DNA of 64,000 bases from Eledone cirrhosa (taxonomy: Eukaryota): the NCBI GenBank assembly GCA_964016885.1, contig OZ024743.1, positions 346,518,001-346,582,000 of the forward strand. The letters are read 5' to 3'. Position 1 is the stretch's first letter; each line of letters starts with the position of its first letter. The notes under the pieces were generated by a model, which worked only from the letters and a program-made list of their open reading frames with translations, was not told the origin of the DNA and did no database searches. Positions 28,853 to 43,420 of the stretch are shown here, one piece after another. The position numbers were made by a program, and so were the translations under genes.

Positions 28853-29063
28853 AGAAGTGGTTACACAACAGTTAGTTCTCCATACCGAGAACAATTGTTT
28901 CACCTTAGCGTATCCCCAGCTCGTAATGGACGAGCTGAGGATCCGCTAAGGTGAAACAATTGTTCTCAGTATGGTGAACTAACTGTTGTGTAACCACTTC
29001 TACCTAACTGGTCCCATGGACTGAGTGCTCTACCACTACGGATATTACCTTCCAGTGTTCTAC

Positions 29064-29068
<5 letters not shown>
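28853..29068 (+). mobile_element. Fold-back pLTR fragment with hammerhead
   Basis: Inverted repeat 28853-29001 with 5-nt loop, plus tail running to (TA)n. Confidence 0.8.
28929..28970 (+). ncRNA. Minimal type-I hammerhead
   Basis: gag-CTGAGGA-tccgctaaggt-GAAA-CAATTG-TT-ctc; mutated antisense copy in the left arm. Confidence 0.75.
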
Positions 29069-29129
<61 letters not shown>

Positions 29130-29130
<1 letters not shown>

Positions 29131-29311
29131 AAAGTTTTATTTAAAATTGTTGGGTTACAACGAGTAAATATTTTATAACTGATATAAAAGCACTCAACAT
29201 GTTTTGGAGTATTTTACGATATTAAACAAATGGAAACTACATTTATAAAACCATATTTATTTCATTAAATAAATATGGTTTTATAAATGTAGTTTCCATT
29301 TGTTTAATATC

Positions 29312-29314
<3 letters not shown>
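29130..29314 (-). mobile_element. Fold-back pLTR fragment
   Basis: Perfect hairpin 29215-29314 (loop CATT) plus unpaired tail; homologous to 45190-45320. Confidence 0.8.
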
Positions 29315-29344
<30 letters not shown>

Positions 29345-29369
29345 TTCGGAGGGGGAGATAAGTATATAT

Positions 29370-29475
<106 letters not shown>

Positions 29476-30002
29476 GTGTGGTGTGTAGATATATGTGTGG
29501 GTGAAAGCTTTGATGATTGAGATGTATTAGTCAACTCCGGTGGGATTTGAACTCAAAACGTTGATGCAAGTATAATAAAATACATTTAGTCCAGCGCGCC
29601 ACCGTTCCAGCCACCCCACCATAGCCACCACTACCACAACCAGCACCGCCACCGCCACCACCAGCACTATAGTTAAACACAAGCAATGACGCAGGAAGTT
29701 CAGAAAGCACCTTTTCACTCACAAAACCAGATTTCTGTTCACCTGTAATTAATTCAATACATGAGATAAAAATAAAAGAACAAACAACTGCTTAAGTCAA
29801 ATTAGTTTATTGTTTTAATTGTCTTCTTTGTTTTCTTCTTCATTGCTATATCTTTGTCAGTGTTTTTATTTTTATTTTTGTTTTATTTTTTTATATTATT
29901 TTTGTCTCTGTTATTGATTTATTTTGTTTCGTTGTTTCTTTTTGTTTTCTTTAAATTATCATTTTATGAACTTTTTCTCATATATATATATATATATATA
30001 TT

Positions 30003-30065
<63 letters not shown>

Positions 30066-30197
30066 GTATGTATATATATATATATGTATATATATATGTA
30101 TATATATACATATATGTATATATATATATATATGTATATAAATATATATATACATATATATATACGTATATATATATATATATGTATATATATATAA

Positions 30198-30261
<64 letters not shown>

Positions 30262-31104
30262 TATATGCGCACAAACATACACACACACACAAATATATAT
30301 ATATATATATATATTTGTTCGCCTGCGTTTTCTATTTATGAATTTTTTCGCTTCATTTTTATTTTTTATTTTGGCTACTAGTTGTGTTTGATCTGAGTTC
30401 TTTCTGTTTTATTCATCTAATTGAACCTATGAATTAAAATGGTAAAACAATAGGAAACCGCTGAAAGAAACAAAGAGAATAATAACATTATCATGACCAT
30501 TACATTCACTACAATAAAAACAACTTCTACTACTACTGGCACTAGTAGTAGTAGTAGTAAGAGTAGTAGGTGTTGTTGTTGTTGTTGTTGTTGTGCTGCT
30601 ACTGCTTTCACGACATCTATGACAATAACAAAATCAAAACCATCACAAATGTATTTGGGCTGGAAGTAACGTTGAAGGGACAGACTGAAGCCATTTTTTT
30701 TTAAGTTCATGTTTTACATGTTTCGACGGTAGCTCTCATCCTTACTGGATGGATGAAATATATACCAATTAAGTACCGGTATTTGCTACGGTATCCCCTG
30801 TAGCAAAATATGTACCTAATATAGTACCAATAATGCACTGGATTAATTGCTGGCCTTGTGGTAAATGTAGAAACAATTACAGTGATTTCTTCGAAAGTCA
30901 TTAAATGAGAGATGAAAGTCGGTCACTGTTTGCAGTTGTCAAATAAATAACTAAAATAACAAATAAGAATCTGACTCGGAAACAATGACCATGTTGTTGA
31001 GATTTCTGGATTGTTTGGCAAATGAAGAGACGCCCGGTGATCCAGACATTTGGGTTCTATGGTAAAATACAAGTACCTTATTTAAAAAAAAAATCTAAAT
31101 AACA

Positions 31105-31295
31105 ATAATTGTTTCTACTTTTGGCACAAAGCCAGCAATTAACCAGTGCATTACTGGTACTTTATTTCATCGACATCGTAAGGATGTAAGGCAAACTTAA
31201 CCTCGGCGGGATTTCAACTCAGAATGGCAAGGGCCTTAACTCTATGCGCCAAAGCATGGCGTCCGACCCTCTACCGATACTGCCAATCCACTGCC
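31105..31295 (-). mobile_element. Family-1 SINE
   Basis: Near full length; flanked by the direct repeat ATCTAAATAACAATAAT (probable TSD). Confidence 0.85.
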
Positions 31296-31816
31296 TAATA
31301 TCTAAATAACAATAATGAAGATGGGAGTTAAGCTGGTGAACAAAAAGTACATTTTATTGAAACATGGTTCTTTTGGAATCGAAGGTCTAACAAAACTTAC
31401 TTGGAGAAGAAAGAACGTACATAACCTGAGATCAAAGTGATTAAAGGCTGTCTAACGCTTTCTTGTGTCGAGATACTCATTTGGGGATCATAAAAAGCAC
31501 GTGGATTATAAAGGATCCTATATGTTTCCTCTGTTTATTAGAAGTAGAAAAACCTACGGAGTCTACAACTGAACATTGGCGCTGGAATTGCTTCTGTCTA
31601 AAATTAAGAGTTTACATTTTAAGTAATGTGACGTATTGCTCAGGATCAGCATACGCAGACATACACACATGCTTATATATATATAAGATGATTTCTAAAG
31701 AATGAATCAGTTCTAGTCCTGTAGAATTTCATCTACATTAAAACTGTTATACTCTGCTATGTATTGAGTACCTTACTTACTGTGGTTACCTCCGATTCAA
31801 CCCGGAATAACTTACC

Positions 31817-31941
<125 letters not shown>

Positions 31942-32719
31942 ATATATATATATGTATATATATATATGTATATATATTGATATATATATATTTATATATA
32001 TATATGCAGTCGAAGTTAACTCTGCCTTTCATCCTTTCGGGGCCGATAAAATAAAGTACCAGTAATACACTGTTAAATTGCTGGCCTTGTGCCAAAAGTA
32101 GAAACAATTATATTATATATATATACTGTTTTTAGGGAGTAAAGACCAGTGTCTATGACCCTTTTCTGTAGCCTCCAAGACTATTCGGAAAAGTAAAGAA
32201 TATATCCTGGAACTAGTGACATGGTCCTATTCTGTGCAACACACCACTCACATTGTCGCCTATTTATATAGGATCCATTCAATACCACCCTTGGCCAAGG
32301 CGTGCTTTTAGTAGATTTCATTACGTTGCAAGAATGTGTAGCAATTCACTGCTTTCAGCATTTTTTTCTTCCCTTCCACCAATCATGGAGATCATAAAAT
32401 AACTCATGTCCACTGAACATCGACCTCCAATTTATTAGTATTAAAAAAAACTGTAAAATTATAGGGCCTATTCTATTGACGATAGAATATTTCCAGGCCT
32501 CATACCAATCAATACATTTCTAAAATAGTTCTTATTCTATTATTATTATTACTCTTGTGGCTGTTATTATTGCTGTTACTGTTAGTACACTTAACTATTC
32601 GGAAAAGTAAAGAATATGGCATTTCTTAAGCTTTTTCTTCATTTATGTTTGCCTTTATTGTTGTTCGATGCGTAGAGCTGGAACTACTGTCTTCATTGAT
32701 TTGGCAGGATCGCAACTCA

Positions 32720-32860
32720 TTTCTACAGCTGAGTAAACTGGAGCAACGTGATATAAAGTGTCTTGGTCAAGGACACAACACATCACCCGGTCCGAGAATC
32801 GAACTCACAACCTTTCGATTACAAGCCCAATGCTTTAACCACTAAGCCATGCACCTTCCC
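32720..32860 (-). mobile_element. Family-2 tRNA SINE 5' part
   Basis: Minus strand GCATGGCTTAGTGGTTAAAGC...GAGTTCGATTC A/B boxes. Confidence 0.75.
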
Positions 32861-33425
32861 AGTGTAGTGGTTCTGAGAACAATGCGGCTTTGCAGAAGAT
32901 CAATGCAAATTGAGAATGGAAAGGTGCTCCAGCTTGAGTTAGAAGAGAACTTTTGACCTTCAGGAGAAGCAGCGAGCCCTGATTGTATTCAGCAACCGAA
33001 ACAAATATGAAGTACGCCAAATCCAATGCTCCTAGGGGCGGCCCTGGTTCTTCTTATTTGCGAGTGTAAACTCGGCCAGATTAGATTAGATATTGTTGTT
33101 CTAGTCAGCAGTGAGAGCATTTTTTATGGGATTGAATTCCGTTGTTTCGCAGCTATGAACTTCATTATTATCTAAACAAGGTTGTTGGATTTGTAGATTC
33201 ATTAGAGTATCGGACACATGTGTAATAGTAAGTATCCAGCTCTTTACGCTCTGAGTTAAAATTCCAATGAGGTCAACTTTGAATTTCATCCTTCAGTTGT
33301 TACTAATATAAATCGCCGAACATTTTCTATATTCCAAATAATCGACTTACCATCTACACAAAACCCCCCAAAAAAGCAGCAAATTGCTGACCTTGTGCCA
33401 GAATTAGAAGTTATTATTTAAAAAG

Positions 33426-33457
<32 letters not shown>

Positions 33458-33540
33458 TTTGAACTAGTTACTTTTGTTGTTTAAACAGTTTAGCTGTAAT
33501 TGGACTAATCCATTCTCAATGGCATATATATAAGTATATA

Positions 33541-33699
33541 TAACAAAGAGGGTGTGATAAGGTACCAGATAAACCATAACGTACCAGAGTACTTAATACT
33601 TAGGGTAGTAGAGTGGGTAATAGGAAAAGAGTCAGGACCCCGACGGCTGAGCTACGGCCGTTTCGACAGCTAGATCGGATCTCAGCCGTCGGGGTCCTG

Positions 33700-33701
<2 letters not shown>
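33541..33701 (-). mobile_element. Fold-back pLTR fragment (same family as 24317 and 26240)
   Basis: 21-bp arms 33631-33651 / 33681-33701 enclosing the hammerhead GAAACGG strand on the minus strand. Confidence 0.75.
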
Positions 33702-33765
<64 letters not shown>

Positions 33766-33766
33766 T

Positions 33767-33931
<165 letters not shown>

Positions 33932-35050
33932 TATTTTGAATGTATCATTCATTATTTGAGACAGTGCTGTGTAATTTGAGGAAGAATTGACAGCTATTTC
34001 TAGCAGGCTCGATGCCCTTGGTGTCTGAATGCTGTTCTTGTCATGGCTGCTGTACTTGCTGTAGCTCTTGTACTTTAAATATTTGATGGCTAGTATAGGC
34101 ACAAAATCAGAAATTTGAGGGAAGTGCCTAATGAATTAAATTTACCTCAATATTTCACTGGTACTTTATTTACCGATTCTGAAAGGATTAAAGCAAACGT
34201 GATCACGACGCGGTTTAAACTCAGAATGTAACAGGCGTTTGCTGCAATTTGAATAATTATTTCTAGCATGGATACAAAAGCAGAGCAGTCTGGGGCTTAC
34301 TTTATAAAATAAGGCACAACAATGTTGGCCCCAGTGACATTTGAACTCAGCTCGTAAACGGTTGTAACAACATACCACTAAGCATTTTGTCCAACGCTCT
34401 AACAACTCTGTCAAACATTTGCTATTGTTTAATTTTTTTTTTAATAATAGTTGTTTGATCATGTTGCGGTTGCTGCTTCTGCTGTTTGTGTTACAAATGT
34501 TGCTGTTGTTTTTGTCGCTTTTGCTGTCACTACTGCTGCTGCTCCTAATACTACTACCGTCGTTGTTGTTGTTCCTCTTGTTCTCTTTTTTCTTGTTGTT
34601 GTTACCGTCGTCACCGCCGCTGTCGTTTCTTAACGAGTCAAATTCCTCACTTGTAACAAGTTGAATAACCAGAATATCAGTCATGCTCTTTATAACAACA
34701 TGTCATTTCAAACATAAATCTATTTTCTCAGTTGATTATATGTTGAAATAAACATTAGTCCATTCTCCACTATACCAACTTTTGTTTTTATATTGCTTTA
34801 TTCTTATTTGAAATTTCGCTGTTATTTTTCTACGTTTATGTATAGGTTTTGTTTTTGTGTTTTAGTTTTAGTTTTGTTTTTTAATCTTCCTTAAGACAAG
34901 TCCACTTTTAATGACCAAACTTAATACTTCCATGGTCACATTACTCTGTTCGAAATTTCGGTTAATTGTATTTAATTTTTACCATTGAAAAAAAATTCGT
35001 TAGCGAATAACAATGGTTGCCATCGAATATACCTCTATCTATCTACTTAG

Positions 35051-35143
<93 letters not shown>

Positions 35144-35144
35144 C

Positions 35145-35176
<32 letters not shown>

Positions 35177-35837
35177 CTGTGTCTGTGTGTGTGTGTGAGC
35201 GTGTATGTGTGTATGAATCTATGTATGTATTTATCTCTGTTTCTATATATCAAACAAACTAACTCTGTATGTATATATATATATATACATACATTGCTGT
35301 ACATTGGGAAGGCCATGTTTCAATGAAAACAAACACACCAGCTGAGTTTCACTTCGATTTTTATCATTTGTTAATTAACCTATCCATTTCCGAGTTGTTT
35401 AAAAATAGAATGCGTATGGTGTTGTTTAAACTTCTTCGACACATATTGAGTGGCCTTTGCAAGGAATATTTTAGCCTAATATGTTTCCTCTTTATTTCGA
35501 TTTTGTACTACTTACTCCATCTTTAACAAACAATTAAGTATCCAGTTACTGATGTGATGGAGTAATTACCATTAATTATCAATAAAAACGTTAAAGAACT
35601 GGTGCTTGTAATATTATTGTTAACAGCCATCGCAAATTACATATTGGTTTTAACACATGATTTCACATCAAGAATTTCACAAAAGAAATAAAAGCACCCA
35701 GGCATCCACATTTATATATAGATAGATAGATTCCCGAATTGTCGGGGAATAACAAGTTAAAAAAGGTACTCAATGCATTGGCAGCTTATAGGTACCAACC
35801 CCGCCCGTCCCTTCAATATTTCTAATTTCTCATTCTT

Positions 35838-35873
35838 TCTTCTGATGAAGAACTAGCCTCCGAAATGTTAAGA
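35838..35873 (+). ncRNA. Minimal type-I hammerhead-like motif
   Basis: tctt-CTGATGA-agaactagcctcc-GAAA-tg-TT-aaga (GAAACGTT-type); ~165 nt upstream of (TA)n. Confidence 0.55.
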
Positions 35874-36037
35874 CCCCCTTCCTGCTATTTCAAGAAATTA
35901 GATTTCAATTTAAAATTTATAAACCGCTTCCAAGCGTTGTTTCATGTTTGCTTTAGTATTCACTAGAGCAGGAGGATGGCGTCAATTGCGATATGTAATA
36001 TTTCATATATTATATACATTGCTTCAAGCAAACTACA

Positions 36038-36170
<133 letters not shown>

Positions 36171-36599
36171 CAAAGGGATATTTAATTTGTTGGTAATTCA
36201 ACAAATATATTTATAATAGATTCGAAGCACTCTACAAGTTTTCTGGAGTATAATATCAATGATATTAATAAATGGAAACTATATTTATAAAACCATATTT
36301 ATTCTTTTATATATATTTTAAGGGTACCAAAACTTTGGTACGCTGTCATGAGATAAAATACAAAATTTGTTTTATAAATAGTAACATACCCAGGAATCAG
36401 ACCTTAACGGTTCAAGTCCTGTTTGGATATATATATATATATATATATATATAGTAATAATAATAAATGTGAAGACTAAAATCCAAAGAGGGCTCGATAA
36501 GGATAAATATATAACAGAAGATCTCGTTAAGGGTGAAAGAAACAAATTCGTTGCTTAAACTTGAATCTTTTATTTTTATATATATATATATATTCATAC

Positions 36600-36693
<94 letters not shown>

Positions 36694-37491
36694 ATCTATT
36701 AATATCGGGTTTTCAGTGAGACAATACGAGTCGATAAATTTATATTCTCTCGACAATTGGGAAATCCCTAGTGAACGCTATTGTTTGACCTGAAAGTGAT
36801 TAATCAAACTACTCGGGTTGTTAGAAGAGGCTTACATTCTGAATTCAAATTTCACCCGCGTGAAATTTGCTACATTCTTCCGTGTTCGGTATTATAAAGT
36901 ACAAATCATTTACTTGTATTGAGGAGGATAGGAAAAGCTATCACAGTTCCTCTGTATATTCACAAATATAGATATAAACTCACTGATTCAATGAAAGATT
37001 TAGATAACTTACTATAGGCATAGAATTAACAATCTATGTTTACAACTACCATCACAAGTTTGTATGCATATATACATTGCAATGTCTAAATATATGCACA
37101 TTGTTGAAGAAACATACGTATCTGTAGATTCTCATACACACATACAGACTTATACATACATAGCAACATGCTCCTATAGCTGCTCATACAAATTATACAT
37201 ATAATTACTTATGTAGACACTCATAAACATATACATATACAAACCTATATGTAAACGAAGATAAAGGCATACGCTTCTTATTTACCCGTTATGAATCCCA
37301 CTTCTGAAATGTACTGCTATAAACAGTTCCAGAACAAAACCCTACGAAAAATGGCGCTTCAAGGAATGAGGTCACCGCTCTCTCTAACTGGTCCAGGTGT
37401 AACCCAGTTGTTAGGTCACTTACAGTGAATATAAACACAATAGCTATTGTATAAATCATTTATACACGCGCACACACACACATATAAACAT

Positions 37492-37612
<121 letters not shown>

Positions 37613-37654
37613 TACATATATACATATGTGTGTGTGTTTATGTATGCACGTATG

Positions 37655-37707
<53 letters not shown>

Positions 37708-38642
37708 GGGGGACAGAGCGGGAAAGTGTGGGTATGGGGTGGTGGGGAGACTTAGACAGAAATACATCGTGTATGTTTGTACAGTATATATAAAATTGTA
37801 GGTCATTTGTTATAATTTTGTAGGAGATTTATCTGAGTTTTTTTTCTTTCTCATTTTCTACTTATATGCTTGGGTATTTCTTTCCTTTACGTTGAATTGA
37901 CTAGGAGGCTTGTAGAAGAAAGCAAATAAACACATAAATAAATTAGAATTTGACCCCAAACATATAACGTTTAAAATATCATACACCATGAGGGGCACCT
38001 ACCTTCCTAAAAAGAGAGTTATAATAAGCCCTTCTGTATCAAGGAACCCTGTACAGTTTAGATGTTCAACTGTTCAAATTTTTGTTTATTATTTTGCTAA
38101 TGAAATCTCGATAAAAAACATAACATCACCACATTTCCTCCTAAAATTTATACAGAATCCCCAACTTGTCCAACATATGGATGTATTATCACGAATACTT
38201 AAAATTCGGAAATCAGAGAATAGAAAATAGCGGAACGATTTTGATTCGGGGATAATCTGCCATTAAAATAACACGTACAATATATGTTTTAATCTAATTA
38301 GTTGCTCTACGCTCACTGTTTCAATATAGTATTTATTCTTGAAAGCATTTGAAATTGGTCAACTTTATTCTTTCTCAAATTTTTCTGAGGATATGGTCGG
38401 ACAACATGCTTTATGGCATAGAGTTGTGGCCCTTTGCTGTCAATAAAATAAAGCCCCAGTAATACATTGAAATAATTGCTGACCTTGTGCCAAACGTAGG
38501 AACAATTATGTATGGTGTTGATAATTGATAACTAATCATTTTCAGTTGTTCTGCATATGCATGTATCATTGCACCCCTATTGAAACGAACGTAGAAGCAA
38601 AAGAATGAATTTAAATTGTTAAACTTGGTATTTTGTCATATT

Positions 38643-38681
<39 letters not shown>

Positions 38682-38684
<3 letters not shown>

Positions 38685-38846
38685 GTCTCACTTTCTCCAC
38701 CCAATTCTTTTTATCCCAATAACTTATTTTAGTTATTGTTCGCTCTAGCCTGATGTATCTGATCTTTAATGCGAAGAAATACCTATGATGGCTAGTAGAT
38801 CACTGACTATGGATAGTCCTGGCTTCTCTTTCTAATTTTTACTTCA

Positions 38847-38945
<99 letters not shown>

Positions 38946-40025
38946 AGTAAAAATTAGAAAGAGAAGCCAGGACTATCCATAGTCAGTGATCTACTAGCCA
39001 TCATAGGTATTTATTCGCATTAAAGATCAGATACATCAGGCTAGAGCGAACAATAACTAAAATAAGTTATTGGGATAAAAAGAATTGGGTGGAGAAAGTG
39101 AGACAGGTGAACAAACAAGAATGGTGAGGCAACATAAAGAGAGGAAAACATGAGAAAATCAAGTCAGTGATTCATTTGAACATAAGAACTTGCGAATATT
39201 GACGAGAAGACGAAAGAAACATCCGTACCATGCGAAAAGTGAGCGAGAAAAGAATTTCGCACGGTGTCGGACGATGGAGGAAGTGAGAGAGAGGGTGAAT
39301 AGCAGAGAGTGAGTGAGTGAAAGTGTGAGGAAGAGGCTAGCCGAGAGAGGGTGACTAGCAGAGGGGGAGAATGAAAGTAAGAGCGAGAAGAGAGGAGAGG
39401 AGAGAGAAAGAGGATAACAGTAAGGGAAGAGAAAAAGACAGGCGACAACCAAGGGGAAAGCATTTATGAATTAAAAATGGCGTGCTGTGTTGTTGCGAAT
39501 GTGATACATATGAAGTAAAGATTAAAAAGAGAAACCAAGACTATCCATCATCAGTGATCTACTCTGCTAGTCACCCTCTCTCGGCTAGCCTATTCCTCAC
39601 ACTTTCACTCACTCACTCTCTGCTACTCACCCTCTCTCTCTCACTACCTCCATCGTCCGACACCGTGCGAAATTATTTTCTCGCTCACTTTTCCTATGGT
39701 ACCGATGTTTCTTTCGTCTTCTCGTCAATGTTCGCAAGTTCTTATGTTCAAATGAATCACTGATTTGATTTTGTCATTTTTTCCTCTCTTTACGTTGCCC
39801 CACCATTCTTGTTTGTTCACCTGACTCTCTTTCTCCGCCCAATTCCTATAAATCGAATAACTTATTTTAGTTATTCTTCGCGCTAGCCTGAGGTATCTGA
39901 TCTTTAATGCGAAGAAATACCTATGATGGCTAGTAGATCAGTGATAATGAATATTCCTGGCTTCTCATGCTAATTATTACTTCATATGTATCAGAATCGC
40001 AACAACACAGCACGCCATTTTTCAT
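38682..40025. mobile_element. Non-coding tandem element (subfamily B) in a doubly inverted arrangement
   Basis: + arm 38682-38850, palindromic microsatellite, - segment 38941-39563, + segment 39564-40025 ending at (TA)n. Confidence 0.75.
39883..39947 (+). ncRNA. Candidate non-circularly permuted hammerhead (B)
   Basis: CTAGCC-tg-AGGTAT-C-TGATCT-ttaatgcgaa-GAA-ATACCT-atgat-GGCTAG-t-AGATCA-gTGATaA; an intact AGATCA-CTGATGA is present in the sister copy at 39548-39560 (-). Confidence 0.6.
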
Positions 40026-40043
40026 TATATATATATATATATA

Positions 40044-40179
40044 TTGTCTATGATGCGCTGAATTATACGTGACCCGTCGTAGACACCTGATGGCGGGAAA
40101 ATGTCTCTCTCTTGATTCTGTTCCCTTAACTTTCTAGCACTCGTTATCAGTAACCACGCATCCTCGTCTCTCACAATCC

Positions 40180-40180
<1 letters not shown>
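40044..40180 (+). mobile_element. 137-bp solo 3' piece of the tandem element (subfamily D)
   Basis: TTGTCT-atgatgcgct-GAA-ttata-cgtgac-CCGTCG-t-AGACAC-CTGATGg; downstream sequence homologous to 18997-19070; (TA)n on both sides. Confidence 0.6.
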
Positions 40181-40255
<75 letters not shown>

Positions 40256-42387
40256 CATATTATAAGGTAAGAAGAAATATTAGACATAAATAAATACCTA
40301 TTTTTTTCTTCAAATTCCCTACTGTACATTTCCGTTGGCTATTATGCAAAAATCCTACATGATAGAGATGTAACATTATTGTGAGGTGGGCCAACTTATC
40401 AAGGGATATATATATATATACCAGCTGGCTACTAGCATTGATGTTATTTAGTAGCAATCGAAATCTCCCCCTTCCCCAATTGACACTTTATAATTTATAC
40501 TGCTGCACCAAATGACCAGCCTTGTCCACTGTCCAGTTGGTCAAGTAGAGATTAAAATTGGCACTCCCAAAATTCTTATTTAGATTTACTCATGGTATTC
40601 TCATTAGAAACCCATTATATACTTGTTTAGCAGTAAATTAATTTACCATCTGTCATATACTATCCCCTCTGTTTCTTCCTCTATTACTAATATAAATACT
40701 TCAATTTTTCTGATTTTATCCAATTTATCCAAAATCTCTGAAGAAGTGACAACTGATTATACATTTGCTATCGAATACTTGCTAACATTATATGATTACG
40801 CAAGCAGCGATACATAGGTATTCCGTCTGTTACAGAAACATATGTCAATACCTAATAAATTCCTTTTTTTTAAAAAAGCACTTTCATTTTATATTCATCC
40901 TTTCTACATTTTCTCCGGAATATAATTTATACTCGTTGAGCAAACCTGCACGTACGCTGTTCATCTCTAACGTAACGATATATTATCACTACATTATTGA
41001 TAACCTGAAATTTTATATATATATATATATATATATACATAAACCACTTTCCTTTCTACTTTATTTTAGTCACTTAATCAGACCAAAATGTTAAATATTT
41101 CTCCGCCTTGTATGATTTAATTTCCACCCTGACTTAAATAGAGGGCAATATTTAACCCAAACATTAATAAGAAAATAAAAATAATACTAACCGCCAGAAT
41201 ATCGTCAATATAAAATGAAATCGCAATTTCTACACTCAAGCTTATACCCAAACAATAGATAGTAACTGAAAAAGAAAATCAGTTCTATAATTCAGTTATT
41301 TTCATATCTAACATTACGATGATGGCATTAGTAATATGAATGCAAACCAATATTTTATCAGACTCCATCAAAATATTTCAGACATTACAAAGAAGATGAA
41401 ATGTAAAACTGGCAAATTATAATTGGATTCTTCAATATAGCAATATACTTTTCTATAAATGGATATAAGGCATTAACTTCTGAGTATGCACACTTTTCTC
41501 TAGTCTTTCACCAAGGTAAGGCTTCGGATCTTAAAAGACAAAACTAGAATATCCACAAGAATACAGAATTAATTTTACCATGCCTCCCTCCACTTGTGAA
41601 GGTAACTACGTTAAAAATATAACATCATAATAGGTGTCACACGAAATATGGATACAGACAAACATTATTTCCTCTCACCACTTCCAGTTGTACTTCACGT
41701 AGAATTAATATTGATGTTAGAATTGCAGGTGTGTGTGCGTGTGCCTCTGTGTGATTGTGTGTGTGGGGGGTGGGTATGTGTGTGTGGTTATGTGTTGGAT
41801 TGTTAAAAATAAAATAATGTATCTCGGTTTTACGTACTGAACACCAATCCCATCGATCTCAACTTTATTTTCAGCCACCCAAGGTCGATACAATGAAGTA
41901 CCAGCAATTACTGATGTCAATTTATTTGCATAACTATTTTTCTTTTCATCCGTGAAATATTCGGATTGTGCTTAGGAGTAGGAAAAGTGATTGCCACAAA
42001 GGCTATAATATGAGAAATTAGACTTGGTCATGTACACAAACCTAATATAAAATTGAGCAAATATTTCCTTTTGTGTCCTTAACTCCAGACATTTCTGGTT
42101 TGGAAGGAAAGTAAATTGAGAACTAGTATTGTTCATGCATTTCCCAAAGGTACATGAAGCGACGTAACTCAAAAGAATACATTTGGGATTCGAAACGAAA
42201 TCACGTTGTCTGTCCTTTGAAATTTCAAAAAGACACCATGGCGCCCTGTACAACTTAGATATAACACGGATGGCTCTTTCTTCACTTCATTCTTTCCATT
42301 TTGTTTTCTCTATTTCTCTCAGTCTCCATTTTCTCAACACACAAATACACACACGCGTCCACGACACGCATACATATGCATACGCGT

Positions 42388-42462
<75 letters not shown>

Positions 42463-42635
42463 TATATGTATGTATGTATATATATATATATATGTGTATA
42501 TGTATGTATGTATATATATGTATGTATGTATATATATGAATGTATGTATATATATATGTATATATGTGTATATATATGTGTATATGTATGTATATATATG
42601 AATGTATGTATATATATATGTATATATGTGTATAA

Positions 42636-42675
<40 letters not shown>

Positions 42676-42991
42676 CTATATATTCATATATACTTTACTC
42701 TTGTACATACATTTAGATATTCTTTTTTTATATATATTTACATTTTATCGTTCTATTTAATGTTAATTGTTTCTTTTAGAACTGAATAAAGGCCCACGCA
42801 GAAACACACACTCCTGCAAATATACGTATATACATCACATCTACATACTTATCTGACAGCTTTACCCATTCATACCCTCTAACACACGCCCATTAATGTA
42901 CTACTTACATATTAAGCTTTCTACGTATTTGTATGTAATGAGATTCTTGTATGTATGTGTGTGCGTATATATACATACACATGTATATATT

Positions 42992-43045
<54 letters not shown>

Positions 43046-43077
43046 CATATATATATATATCTATATATATATATATG

Positions 43078-43153
<76 letters not shown>

Positions 43154-43206
43154 CATATATATATATATATATATGTTCATATATATATATATGTTCATAT
43201 ATATAT

Positions 43207-43237
<31 letters not shown>

Positions 43238-43352
43238 GTTCATATATATATATATATATATACATTTATGTATGTTCATATATATATATGTATGTATATA
43301 TATATATATATATAATTATATATAATTATATATACATACATACATACATACA

Positions 43353-43387
<35 letters not shown>

Positions 43388-43388
43388 T

Positions 43389-43420
<32 letters not shown>

